A stretch of 64,000 nt of DNA, from the IMG/VR virus record IMGVR_UViG_3300010882_000010. One strand, written 5' to 3'. A program made the position numbers and the translations under genes. Below are positions 17,673 through 27,711 of this stretch, in pieces. How positions within the stretch are numbered: position 1 is the stretch's first letter; the number at the start of each line of letters is the position of its first letter. The stretch comes from a virus (taxonomy: Duplodnaviria; Heunggongvirae; Uroviricota; Caudoviricetes). Under the pieces are notes generated by a model. It was not told the origin of the DNA. It saw only the letters and a program-made list of their open reading frames with translations, and ran no database searches.

Positions 17673-18131
17673 ATGAAACAAAGAATAGGAACTTTAGAAG
17701 ATTTCATTACAGAAAGTAAGAAAGATTTTGCAATTCGTTATCAGATGTTTAAGGGTAAAGACGGTGAAGTTGTAACAAAAGAGAAGTTTTTTCCATCTAA
17801 AGAAAAGTTAGATGCTTTTGTTGATAAAATAGTTGATGATAATAATTTTAAAGAAATTTTAGCTTTTTCAGATGGAGTTGAAGATACTTTTAATGAAAGT
17901 GCTGGATCACAAACAATAACAATGAGTGCTTTTGCAGAAGACTATTCAGAAAAAGCTTGGAAATTTTTGTTTGGTAGAAATCAGTTTGAGTTTGTTCCTA
18001 AATCTCAAGCTATTTTTGTTGAATCAGCAAAGAAGGGTGAAGAGTTTGATAATGGGGGTTCAAATTATTTTGAAATTCCATTATGGCTTTTCAAAAAATT
18101 AAAAGGAACAGAATTTTACGGAACAATTTAA
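17673..18131 (+). CDS. Putative packaged internal protein (CTS-like N terminus).
   Basis: N terminus MKQRIGTLEDFITESK. Confidence 0.55.
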   Translation: MKQRIGTLEDFITESKKDFAIRYQMFKGKDGEVVTKEKFFPSKEKLDAFVDKIVDDNNFKEILAFSDGVEDTFNESAGSQTITMSAFAEDYSEKAWKFLFGRNQFEFVPKSQAIFVESAKKGEEFDNGGSNYFEIPLWLFKKLKGTEFYGTI

Positions 18132-18147
18132 AAAAAATGATAAGAAC

Positions 18148-18624
18148 ATGGAAAAAAGAATTGGAACTTTTGATAATTTTCTAACAGAAGGAAAATTGAA
18201 TGAAGGTGTAATATCAAACTTTTTTAAGAATCCAAAAAATAGTAGTAAAACAGTTTTCTTTATTACAGATGATGAACACAAACCTGGATATTACAAAATT
18301 GCAAGTGCTACTAAAGTAACTTGGGATAAACCTGGTGAATGGGAAAATGAGGCAGAAGGTTTAACATACCAACAAGCAATAAAAGAAGCCACAAGTGGTA
18401 AGTTTGAATCTAAATGGGGAATGGAATACATCGGATCAATTGAAAATCCTAAAACGGGTATGTCTATTAAAGAAGGTGAAGATTTGGGAGAATTATTGGT
18501 AAAAATAGTAGGTAAAGTAGCTGGTGAAGTTAAGAAAGTTTTAGATAAAGGAGCAAAGGATTTAGAACTTGAAACTAAGGATATTATTGATGTTGTTTTC
18601 AAATTGATAAAATCAAAACTTTAA
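18148..18624 (+). CDS. Putative packaged internal protein (CTS-like N terminus).
   Basis: N terminus MEKRIGTFDNFLTEGK. Confidence 0.55.
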   Translation: MEKRIGTFDNFLTEGKLNEGVISNFFKNPKNSSKTVFFITDDEHKPGYYKIASATKVTWDKPGEWENEAEGLTYQQAIKEATSGKFESKWGMEYIGSIENPKTGMSIKEGEDLGELLVKIVGKVAGEVKKVLDKGAKDLELETKDIIDVVFKLIKSKL

Positions 18625-19376
18625 TGGAAAAACCAAAAAAGTTAATTGTTCTTGTAACTAAGATTTGTGAATATTGTAATACTGAATTTAAAACTTCTAA
18701 TAAAGATAAAAAATTTTGTACGAGAATTTGTCAAAATCAATCTTATTGGACAGAAAAACGCAGAAAAGAAAGATCAATTAAAAGTAAAGAAATTTGGAAT
18801 CGTCCTAATTTTTTAGAGAAAATGTCAGAAATTTCAAGTTTTAATCAAAACAAGATTGAATACAAAGAAAAACGTTCTAAAATTGCTAAAGAAATTAATA
18901 GTAGACCGGAAGTAATAGAACAACATCGAAATAATACTATAAAATTATGGCAACAAGAAGAATACAGAACAAAAAATTTAAATAGTAGAATAGAATTTTG
19001 GAAAGATAAAGAAAAAAGTGAAGAATATATTAAATCTTGTTTAAAGTACAAAGATTTTATTATGCCATCTGGAAAAATAGTTAAGATACAAGGATATGAA
19101 CCACAATTTTTAACAGAACTCTTAAAAACTTATCAAGAAGATGATATTATAATAAGAAAAAGAATTCATTATCAATTTAAAGAAAAAGAACATAATTATT
19201 TTCCTGATTTTTTTATTAAATCAAAAAATTGGATTATTGAAGTTAAAAGTGAATGGACTTTTAAACAACATGAAGAGCAAAATTTAGCAAAAAGAAAAGC
19301 ATGTTTAAAACAAGGATATAATTTTAGTTTTGTAATTTTTAACAAAAGAGGTACAATATGGAGATACTTAGAATAA
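18624..19376 (+). CDS. Homing endonuclease-like protein (zinc ribbon, NUMOD3-like repeats, PD-(D/E)xK domain); paralogue of 15023..16069.
   Basis: CEYCNTEF...CTRIC; C terminus DFIMPSGKIVKIQGYEPQFLTELLKTY...PDFFIKSKNWIIEVK aligns with the other copy. Confidence 0.65.
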   Translation: MEKPKKLIVLVTKICEYCNTEFKTSNKDKKFCTRICQNQSYWTEKRRKERSIKSKEIWNRPNFLEKMSEISSFNQNKIEYKEKRSKIAKEINSRPEVIEQHRNNTIKLWQQEEYRTKNLNSRIEFWKDKEKSEEYIKSCLKYKDFIMPSGKIVKIQGYEPQFLTELLKTYQEDDIIIRKRIHYQFKEKEHNYFPDFFIKSKNWIIEVKSEWTFKQHEEQNLAKRKACLKQGYNFSFVIFNKRGTIWRYLE

Positions 19377-20137
19377 ATTCAAAAGGAACATTAGTGAAAA
19401 AGTTACAAGAAATTCTTAATTTATTGGGATTTAAGTTAATAATTGATGGACAATTTGGAAAAGGAACAGAAAATGCAGTAAAAAGTTTTCAGTCCAAAAA
19501 CAAAATTTTAGCAGATGGAATTTGTGGTATGAAAACATGGGAATTACTTAATAAAGCAGTTATGGCTTTGAAACCAATTGTAGAAACAGTTAAAACTGTT
19601 AAGGTTCAATTTGATGCAGGTCTTGAAGGTCATGATATGATTGCAAAAGATTTGTTAGATTTACTTTTAGTTGCGGGTAAGGATTCAAAAAATGATATTG
19701 TTTTTGTTACCTCTTTACATCGTCCGCCAATTAGACAAGCAAATGCCATGTACAATAATCTTGCAAATGGAATAGTAGTTAGTTATGCTGAGCCAGGAAA
19801 AATAGTAACAAAATTAATCCAAGATGAGATTAAAAAGAAAACTAATCCGTCAACTATTGTAAAAATGGCAGAAGCTAAGATAATTGAATTAGCAGGTCAA
19901 GGTAAGTTGGTTTCTCGTCATTGTCAAACTGAAGCAGCATACAGAAAACTTAATGTGATTGATGTTACTAAAACAAGGATGAAAAATTACATCGAGTTTG
20001 TTAATAGTCTTTTGAAATCAAAGAAAATTTCAAGGATTATTACACCATTTGGAACTTTAGCAAATTACAATAATGATAAGAGAATTTTAGTTGACAAGAA
20101 TGAAAGTGCAGTGCATATTGAATATCAAGTGAGCTAA
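19358..20137 (+). CDS. Protein with an N-terminal peptidoglycan-binding domain (PG_binding_1-like); candidate cell-wall hydrolase or endolysin.
   Basis: LVKKLQEILNLLGFKLIIDGQFGKGTENAVKSFQSKNKILADGICGMKTWELL matches the PG_binding_1 pattern. The C-terminal ~170 aa are unassigned. Confidence 0.5.
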   Translation: MEILRINSKGTLVKKLQEILNLLGFKLIIDGQFGKGTENAVKSFQSKNKILADGICGMKTWELLNKAVMALKPIVETVKTVKVQFDAGLEGHDMIAKDLLDLLLVAGKDSKNDIVFVTSLHRPPIRQANAMYNNLANGIVVSYAEPGKIVTKLIQDEIKKKTNPSTIVKMAEAKIIELAGQGKLVSRHCQTEAAYRKLNVIDVTKTRMKNYIEFVNSLLKSKKISRIITPFGTLANYNNDKRILVDKNESAVHIEYQVS

Positions 20138-20144
20138 AATAATT

Positions 20145-20161
20145 GGAATAAATAGTAAAAG
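20145..20161 (+). promoter_or_regulatory. Copy 3 of the GGAATAAATAGTAAAAG motif.
   Basis: Exact copy, 12 nt upstream of the ATG at 20174. Confidence 0.5.
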
Positions 20162-20173
20162 GTAAATAGAGAA

Positions 20174-20917
20174 ATGTTAATTTTTGAAATTCAAGGAAAG
20201 AAAGGTTTTAGTGGAGTTGTTAAAATTCAGATTGATGATGAAGGTGTAATTCAAGGAAGTGTACATACAAAGTTTGATCCAAAGGTGAAAGAATTTAGCG
20301 GTACTACTAAGAATTTACCAGGGATGTTTGAATGGTTTTTAGAAAACATGCAATCTGATGAATTTAGTGCAAATCAAAGTTATCATGCTGTTAAAAGGTT
20401 GGTAGATAAAATGATGGATGATGTTATTTTTTATGCCAATAGAAAAGGAAGTGAAATCTACACTAAACAAAGAAAAGACATTTTAATAAAAGAGAATACC
20501 AATATGGAAAAAAGAATCGGAACACTTGCAGATTTTATAAATGAGTCTATAGAATTAGGAAAGCATATCGTTTTTGATTATGAAAAAGAACGATACATCA
20601 AAGAAAATTATCCAAAATTAATCCAACTTTTGCGAAAAATAATAGGTAAAGATTTTGTTTTGGTTCAAGATAGTACAACGCACTATATTGGTGATATTAT
20701 AGAATCACCTGTAGAATATGGAACAGAAGGAGATTTTGTTTATACTGAAGAAGGTGGTAAAAAAGTTTCGGTACTACCATACTTTTGGGGTAAATCTCCA
20801 ATTTATGCAGCAGTTGTAATTAAAGATGAGTTTTATGGTTTTGCGGTTCCTACTAAGAATTTGAAAGCAACATACAAAGTACAGATTCTTAGAGATATTA
20901 CCAATTTTGAAAATTAA
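20174..20917 (+). CDS. Two-part ORF: an N-terminal ~110 aa of unknown function, then a CTS-like motif at the internal Met (nt 20504) followed by ~138 aa.
   Basis: Internal NMEKRIGTLADFINESIEL matches the CTS consensus. No stop separates the two parts. A GGAATAAATAGTAAAAG copy lies at 20145-20161. Confidence 0.5.
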   Translation: MLIFEIQGKKGFSGVVKIQIDDEGVIQGSVHTKFDPKVKEFSGTTKNLPGMFEWFLENMQSDEFSANQSYHAVKRLVDKMMDDVIFYANRKGSEIYTKQRKDILIKENTNMEKRIGTLADFINESIELGKHIVFDYEKERYIKENYPKLIQLLRKIIGKDFVLVQDSTTHYIGDIIESPVEYGTEGDFVYTEEGGKKVSVLPYFWGKSPIYAAVVIKDEFYGFAVPTKNLKATYKVQILRDITNFEN

Positions 20918-20932
20918 AAAGAGATAATAATA

Positions 20933-22588
20933 ATGAAAAATTTTATCCCAAATTTTGAGAGTTTTTTAAATGAGTCTAAAGTAGCAGATGCTATTTTGGA
21001 TTTAATTATCAAAGTACATCAAAATCCAAATGATACAAAATCCTTACATCAGCTTGCTGAAATGTTAGGTCTTAATCCACAAGAAAAGAAAGAGTTAGAA
21101 AAGGTTAAGAAAATTATCAAGAATGCAGAAGATGCTTATGCAGCTTTTGATTTGCTTTTAGATTCAAGTAATGAGTCTGTTGTAGTTGAAGGTAATCTTT
21201 ACACGGGTGCAACTCCAATTAGAAATTTAGAACAGTTTTCTCATAAAGAGAATAATTTCATTTTAGACTATTTTCCAAGTGGAGATATCTTATGGTTAAT
21301 TTGGGGTATGAGAGGATTTAATGATATCTTTAAAGCTAAAGCAAAATGGAGAGTTTTGAGAACATATCAAGATGATCAGTACAGAATTATTGCATACAAA
21401 ACTAAATTCCGTGGAGATATTGTTTTAGGTGCTATTCTTAAATCAGATTTAGATGCAGGTAATGAAGAACTTACTGAATTTTTGATGGGAAAAAGAGTAT
21501 TACAAGAAAAATTACAAGGACCAGGAAAAGATACAGAATGGACTCAAATGAAGTTCGATGATGTTGTAGACAAACTTGAAGATATGGTTGAAGCTGCAGA
21601 AAAAACAGGAAATTATGATGCTATTGCACAATTTTGTGATTTGAAAGTAAAAGAAGTTAAAAAACTTTTTTTTGGTAATTATTCAGAAGGTGAAATAGTA
21701 CAAAAGATAATTGATATGATGGAGTCTGTTAAAACTCCCGAAGGTAAGAAAGTTAATGAAGTAAGAACTTGGTCAACAAATTATGGTAAAGTTACTTATT
21801 TTGAAGATTATAATGAGTTTCTAGATTTCTTTTCAATAAAGAGAAATATCACAAGAAAACCAGAATTTTCGGAAGTTGCTTTTTTGAATGATAGAAAAGG
21901 TAATACTAACAGATTAGTAAGAAATTGGTTTGGTGTAGAAGATCCTCATGGAGACTTTTTGATGGTAACAAATTTTCCAATTAAAAATGAAGTTTCATTT
22001 TATGATGTGGGCGGAAATTATATTGAAACAGATTTAGTTAAGAAGTTTAAACTCGATGATTATGCTAAAAATTATGAAAAAGGACTTTTTGAGTCTAAGA
22101 AAATTGATGAAAAACTTTCAATAGATACTAAAGTAGAGTTGGATTACTTAATTCAAAAAGCTTTAACAGAAGAAAGTTCAAAAGATGCTTATGCTGGTAT
22201 TGCTTTTATTATGAGAATGAAAGTTGATAAAGTTGCAGAAATTTTTCAGAAACATGGAAACAAAGAAAAAGCAATTTGGGATGAAATTATGGGAATTTTG
22301 AAAGAATCTGTTTTGAATGAAGATTTTTCTACGGATTGGGTAAAACCGGGTATTTTGATGCCATTAGGCGGAAAAACAGTAAAAGTAATTACAATAGATG
22401 ATTTTCAGAATGGAATAGTTTGGAGAATTAAAGTAAAGGACATGAATACTGGTAATTTCTATAAAGCAGTATGGAATGGTCAGATGTTTATCATGGGTGA
22501 ACAAATTGAAGCACCAATTTGCGATGAACCGGAAACTTTAGAAGATCCTGAAATAGAGTACAATGCACCTCTTCAATGGAGAGCTTAA
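20933..22588 (+). CDS. Large putative packaged internal protein (CTS-like N terminus), 551 aa.
   Basis: N terminus MKNFIPNFESFLNESK. Confidence 0.6.
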   Translation: MKNFIPNFESFLNESKVADAILDLIIKVHQNPNDTKSLHQLAEMLGLNPQEKKELEKVKKIIKNAEDAYAAFDLLLDSSNESVVVEGNLYTGATPIRNLEQFSHKENNFILDYFPSGDILWLIWGMRGFNDIFKAKAKWRVLRTYQDDQYRIIAYKTKFRGDIVLGAILKSDLDAGNEELTEFLMGKRVLQEKLQGPGKDTEWTQMKFDDVVDKLEDMVEAAEKTGNYDAIAQFCDLKVKEVKKLFFGNYSEGEIVQKIIDMMESVKTPEGKKVNEVRTWSTNYGKVTYFEDYNEFLDFFSIKRNITRKPEFSEVAFLNDRKGNTNRLVRNWFGVEDPHGDFLMVTNFPIKNEVSFYDVGGNYIETDLVKKFKLDDYAKNYEKGLFESKKIDEKLSIDTKVELDYLIQKALTEESSKDAYAGIAFIMRMKVDKVAEIFQKHGNKEKAIWDEIMGILKESVLNEDFSTDWVKPGILMPLGGKTVKVITIDDFQNGIVWRIKVKDMNTGNFYKAVWNGQMFIMGEQIEAPICDEPETLEDPEIEYNAPLQWRA

Positions 22589-22604
22589 AATTTAGAAAAT
22601 AATA

Positions 22605-23405
22605 ATGAAGCAATACATCGCAAAATTTGATGAGTTTGTTAGTGAAGCAAAAATAGTAGAGATGCCATTTAGAATGAGTTTGGATTCTTCAAAATCGGAT
22701 CCTGAATTTGGTGGAGCACAGATGTACATGACACCGGAAGCAGAGAATTTGGTTCGTAAGTACTTAGGTAATGATTTCTATGGTCTTAGATTTGATGGAG
22801 AATACAGACACAAGAATTTTAAGTACTTGCAGAAAAAAGTTAACTCTTGGAAAAAAGTTACAGAAAAGTATGCTAAAGTAGTCGATAAAGCAGATGAAGG
22901 AAAACCATTACAATACGTAGTTTTTCAATCTCCTGATAGACAAGATTTTATTATTGAAGTTTCATGGAAAGATTTTAATGCGGATGAAAGCACAAGAATA
23001 GTATTAGCATATTGGGCGAGTAAAGAATTTTTACTCGAAAATGAAGATAATGAAAGTATTACTTTGATGAGACTTAATGAAAAGGAAGATGTTGATTACA
23101 AAAAAGAGTTTGCAAATGTTCATGTAGAATTAAAGAAATTTTTTAATAATCCAAAGAATGCTGAAAAGATAGCTTGGTTTGTAACTAATGATATTGAAGC
23201 ACAATCAAAAGGAAAGTATTGGTTGCTTTATGCAAGTAAAGAGACCTATGATAATCCACAAGTTGGAACTCCAAATGCTTGGCAATATTATGGAGGTAAT
23301 ACTGAAATGACAAAAGCAGAAGCCATTAAAAGAGGTAAAAAGTACGTAACCGAATTTAGAAATGCAGGTGAGCAAGATGAATTCATTGGCGTAATTGAAG
23401 CATAA
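22605..23405 (+). CDS. Putative packaged internal protein (CTS-like N terminus).
   Basis: N terminus MKQYIAKFDEFVSEAK. Confidence 0.6.
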   Translation: MKQYIAKFDEFVSEAKIVEMPFRMSLDSSKSDPEFGGAQMYMTPEAENLVRKYLGNDFYGLRFDGEYRHKNFKYLQKKVNSWKKVTEKYAKVVDKADEGKPLQYVVFQSPDRQDFIIEVSWKDFNADESTRIVLAYWASKEFLLENEDNESITLMRLNEKEDVDYKKEFANVHVELKKFFNNPKNAEKIAWFVTNDIEAQSKGKYWLLYASKETYDNPQVGTPNAWQYYGGNTEMTKAEAIKRGKKYVTEFRNAGEQDEFIGVIEA

Positions 23406-23417
23406 AATTAAGATAGA

Positions 23418-26226
23418 AATGAAAAGATACATCCCATTATTTGAAGATTTTGTAGTAGAAAAGGTTGAATATCCAATTCCAGATTATAATGCAAAACAAT
23501 TAAAATCAACTTTTGAATTATCTTCAAAAGAATCTGAGGATATTTTTCAGTTTTTAAAAACTGATGCTTACAATATCTTAACACAAGATAAAACAGGTAG
23601 AAATCAATGGAAAATTATTGCCAATGAGATACACCAAAAAATTATCAAAGGTAAAGGAAAAGTAGATGGTATTGAAGGAAAATTAGAATTTTACACCTTA
23701 GGAAATGGTAATAGAGTAGTTGCAATTGATGATGATGGAATTGTTTTTATTATTCCAAATTGGACACTTTCTCTTTATGAAGCAAGAGGGCTTTCAGGAT
23801 TACATGCTAAAGGTGAAAAAGTTTTTACAGTAAGAGGAAACCTCAAAGATGCTATTAAGAAGATTAACTTTGGTAAGTACGTGGAGATTTTGTTTAGAGA
23901 TGGAGAGAAAGTAAGAGGAAAATTGGTAGATACTAATTTAGGATTGTACAGTATTACAATTGAAGATGATAAGAATACTTTTGAGTTTAATATCGACAAT
24001 ATTCAGGATATTAGAGTAATACGAGGGATGAATGATTACTCTTCAGATTTTGCAAATGAGTCAGAAGAACAGATTGATGAAGCAAAGAAAGAGTATTGGA
24101 TGCTAAAAGGTAAGCATACTTCAAAAAGAGGATATTCAGAAACAGAATACTTTGTTTATCTCTATCCATTTGATTCTAAAAAAGCAGCAAGTTGGAGTCG
24201 AGGACCAGCAGAAAGAAGGACAGATTTAACACAGACTTTTAACACAAAACAAGAATTAGAAGATGAAGGAAAGGATTTAGAAAAAGATGGTTATATCGTA
24301 AATTGGATTACTGAGTCAGAACAAATTAATGAAGGTGATGATATAGTAATGAAAAGATATTGGCTTGCTACAGAAGAAGATAAAGAGGAATTTTTGAAAT
24401 TTTTGAGAAAACTAAAGAAAGCAGAGAAAAAACCTAATTTCATATCATTTCTTTTTAGTGATATGGGTAAAGCAATGTACCAAGTAACAAAAGGAAAGGA
24501 TGGAAAAGAGGTATCAAGATACAATCAATGGGAAGTAGATGTTACGGCTTTTGATCCAAGTGTAATTCAAAAGGTTGAAAAATTTGGAAAGCTTTTAGAG
24601 TCAGAATCTGAATTTGAATCTTCAGAATTAATTAATGAAATTCAGATGTCTATTATTCCATTCAATAAAATTAGAACAGGAATGACTGTTTACACAGATG
24701 ATGGAGATGTTGTAGGTAAAATAGTTGATTTAGGTTCTGGTTGGAAAGGTCTTGCACATGCTATCAAAGTTCACAATACTTTTCAAGATAATGTGCCCGA
24801 TGAAATGTTAAATCCAAGTTCAGCTAATACTTTCAAATGGGTAATAGTAGATACTGGTATGGACAGAGAAGCATGGTTGTATGATAGTAAAAAATATCAA
24901 AGTGTGCAGGTTTTTGAATGTGAAGAAATTACAGAACAACTTAATGAAGCAGGTGAACAATGTTACTACAAAATTTTAGTTAATACTGTTTTGAAACAAA
25001 AGCATACTGGAAATGATTGGAAAGAATTGGTAAGAGGAACACATCAAATCATGGATATTTGCAAAAAGATTGGAATTATTACTAATGTAGAGGTTAATGG
25101 ACCTAATGTTAAATTGGTTTTAATTAAATCTGGTAAAGTAAACAATACTAGGTTGTATGATGAAATTTCGGAGAGATTCTGGAAAATTTGGGAAGATGAT
25201 AATTCACTTTTTCAAATTTCACAAAACTATGCTACAATAGAATTGAAAATGAAAGAGATAAAATCAATTGATGAAAGCAGAGCAGATACATATGAAGAGT
25301 TAATTGACAAATTAGATAATGAAGCGCACAATTTAATGGGTGTTGTAACAGGATGGACAGATGACGAAAAGATTTACAGTGCTTTTAATAGTGAGTTTGA
25401 TATGAAACATGCTATTAAAACTCTTGAAAAATGGGGATTTAAAAAAGGTGATATTATAATTCACAAGAAAGAGAAAAATCTGAGTCCAAGTTTTGACAAA
25501 ACTTTTCCATTTGTAATTAGTCTTGCTTTGTACCTTGATGAGAATTTGCAATTACAAGAAGCAATTAAAACAGTTCCAACACAATCAACAGAAGTGCATA
25601 AAGCTTATGCTGGTGGACAAAAGATTAAAGTTCATGAAGTAGTAGGTTTGACGGCTTATGGTCCGGATGGAAAAATTGGTGATATTATGCAAGTAGGTCA
25701 AGGAGTTAAAGATCTTAAAAAATTCAGAGCTTTACCTGGAATAGTAGACAAAACACCAGAAGGATTTAATGAAGATACCGTAATTGTACAAATTAAGAAT
25801 CATTATACTAAGGATATTGAACTTTGGATTTATTACACACCAGAACTCGATGATACTAGAAATTCTGTTTTAGTTTGGGAATCGGTTCAAAATAGTGGTG
25901 AACAATTAGATGAAGCACTTAATTACAAAAGAAAACAACCCGGATATGCAAGATTTCATCCGAAAAATCAAGGTAAAATAGAAGCTAAAATTACATCAAT
26001 AGACCAACTTAATAGAAAAGATGTCTACATGATAGCACTTAAACGTAATGATATCTTAGAATGGACAGATGATTGGAAACTACAAAAAGAATGGGATAAT
26101 GGAGAGGGGATGTATATGTACTTGTTTAAAACGACTAATGGCTATCTTTTTAAAGATACTTTAGAAATTGATTTAATAGGTTTAGAGTTAATGGTAAAAG
26201 ATAAAGAAATTGCAATTCAAAAATAG
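23418..26226 (+). CDS. Very large putative packaged internal or ejected protein (~935 aa) with a CTS-like N terminus.
   Basis: Likely start MKRYIPLFEDFVVEK at 23418; the ORF track starts at an upstream ATG (23395). Confidence 0.6.
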
Positions 26227-26253
26227 TAAAACAAACATAAAATACAGTTAATA

Positions 26254-26925
26254 ATGAAAAGAATGATAGAAAGCTTTAATGAGTTTGTTGATAAACAGAC
26301 AGTTAATGAAAAAGATACAAGCGCAGTACAATATTCTAAGCCATTTCATTTGATGAAAATTCGTGATAATGTTTTTGATCCCGTTGGTAATAAGATTGGG
26401 ATTGTTTTTGATTTTGGTAGAGGTGAAAAAGAATTAGATCAAACTGTTAAGAGATTTGGTCTTATTGATGAAATTCCAAAAGAAAAGAAAGTTGGTAATT
26501 TTCCATGGGTTGCTATTGATTATGGTGGTGCAGACGATAAAAAAGTTTTTGCATATGATAGAAATCGAGATATGGAATTTAGAGTTTTTGAGTCAGAACA
26601 ACTTAATGAAAATTTTTCAATTGGTGTAGGTGAAGTAAAATTGGGTACTTTGGAAGAATTTGTGAGATTTGTGAATTTTGGTACAAAGCATATCATGAAA
26701 TCAGAAATTAAAAGATGGTTTGAGTCATCAATGGGATTTAAAAATAGTCAAGAATCTGTGGATCTTTATGAAGGATTTAAAAATGAAACACTTGCTTTTA
26801 GAGGTTATTGGGCAGATCCAAAGATTAACAAAATGTTTAATAGAGAAGAGTTAGTAGAAATAGAATATCAACTTGGAAAAGATTTGAAAGGAAAACCAAG
26901 AGTGATTTACACCTATATTGAATAA
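26254..26925 (+). CDS. Putative packaged internal protein (CTS-like N terminus).
   Basis: N terminus MKRMIESFNEFVDKQ. Confidence 0.55.
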   Translation: MKRMIESFNEFVDKQTVNEKDTSAVQYSKPFHLMKIRDNVFDPVGNKIGIVFDFGRGEKELDQTVKRFGLIDEIPKEKKVGNFPWVAIDYGGADDKKVFAYDRNRDMEFRVFESEQLNENFSIGVGEVKLGTLEEFVRFVNFGTKHIMKSEIKRWFESSMGFKNSQESVDLYEGFKNETLAFRGYWADPKINKMFNREELVEIEYQLGKDLKGKPRVIYTYIE

Positions 26926-26960
26926 TTGAAGTAGGATGTTTGATGGATTGAGTTACTGAC

Positions 26961-27051
26961 AATTGTTAGTAACTTTTTTCTTTTTAAAGATGTTAGTAAA
27001 GATTTTTTCATTATTTTTGCTTTAGATTAAGAAAAATTAAAATTCAAGAAA
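26961..27051 (+). promoter_or_regulatory. Promoter element copy B.
   Basis: aattgttagtaacttttttc ... cattatttttg (TAtTTTTG at 27012-27019) upstream of the ATG at 27052. Confidence 0.55.
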
Positions 27052-27336
27052 ATGGAAAAACTTTTTATCGTAAGAAACACAAGAGGCGAAACATCAGATA
27101 TGTGGGGAAGTTATGCAATTGCAGCAGATGTAGACAAGTTGAATTATTTTAAAAAATCTAATTCAACATCTTGGCTTGGACCAGATATGAAAAATGAAGA
27201 AATTTGGGTACCAGAATGTAACGGTTTAGATTACTTAGTTGGTGATATTAAGAATAGTTGTAGTGAAGTAATGTTAATTGCATCTTTGAATTACTTGAAA
27301 AATTACTACAAAATTGAAATTTTTGCAAAACTTTAA
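27052..27336 (+). CDS. Hypothetical protein.
   Basis: 94-aa ORF downstream of promoter element copy B. Confidence 0.45.
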   Translation: MEKLFIVRNTRGETSDMWGSYAIAADVDKLNYFKKSNSTSWLGPDMKNEEIWVPECNGLDYLVGDIKNSCSEVMLIASLNYLKNYYKIEIFAKL

Positions 27337-27348
27337 ATTAAGATAGAA

Positions 27349-27690
27349 ATGAAAACACTTTATTGTTGCTCAATTACTGAGTATGAAGAAGGCTGGGGAA
27401 GTAGACCAGATGGTTATTATCTTTCAACATCAATGGAAGAATTAAAAAAGTACATCCAATTGTATGGAAATTCAGGCGAGTATGCTATGTTTTGGAGATG
27501 TGGAACTCCATATGAAGTTTTTGTAGAGGAGTGTGAAGCGGTTGAAAAATTAGTAGAAACAATCGAAACACCAAAACAGGAAATTGATGAAAATGGAGTT
27601 CAATACAATGTTCAAAATGGTAGAGGTGCTATGAAAGTACTTTGGGTTAGACATCTTGAAGATATTGGAATTGAATTTTTTAAAAAGTAG
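27349..27690 (+). CDS. Hypothetical protein.
   Basis: 113-aa ORF. Confidence 0.45.
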   Translation: MKTLYCCSITEYEEGWGSRPDGYYLSTSMEELKKYIQLYGNSGEYAMFWRCGTPYEVFVEECEAVEKLVETIETPKQEIDENGVQYNVQNGRGAMKVLWVRHLEDIGIEFFKK

Positions 27691-27711
27691 AAATCATTAA
27701 AATTCAAAGAT

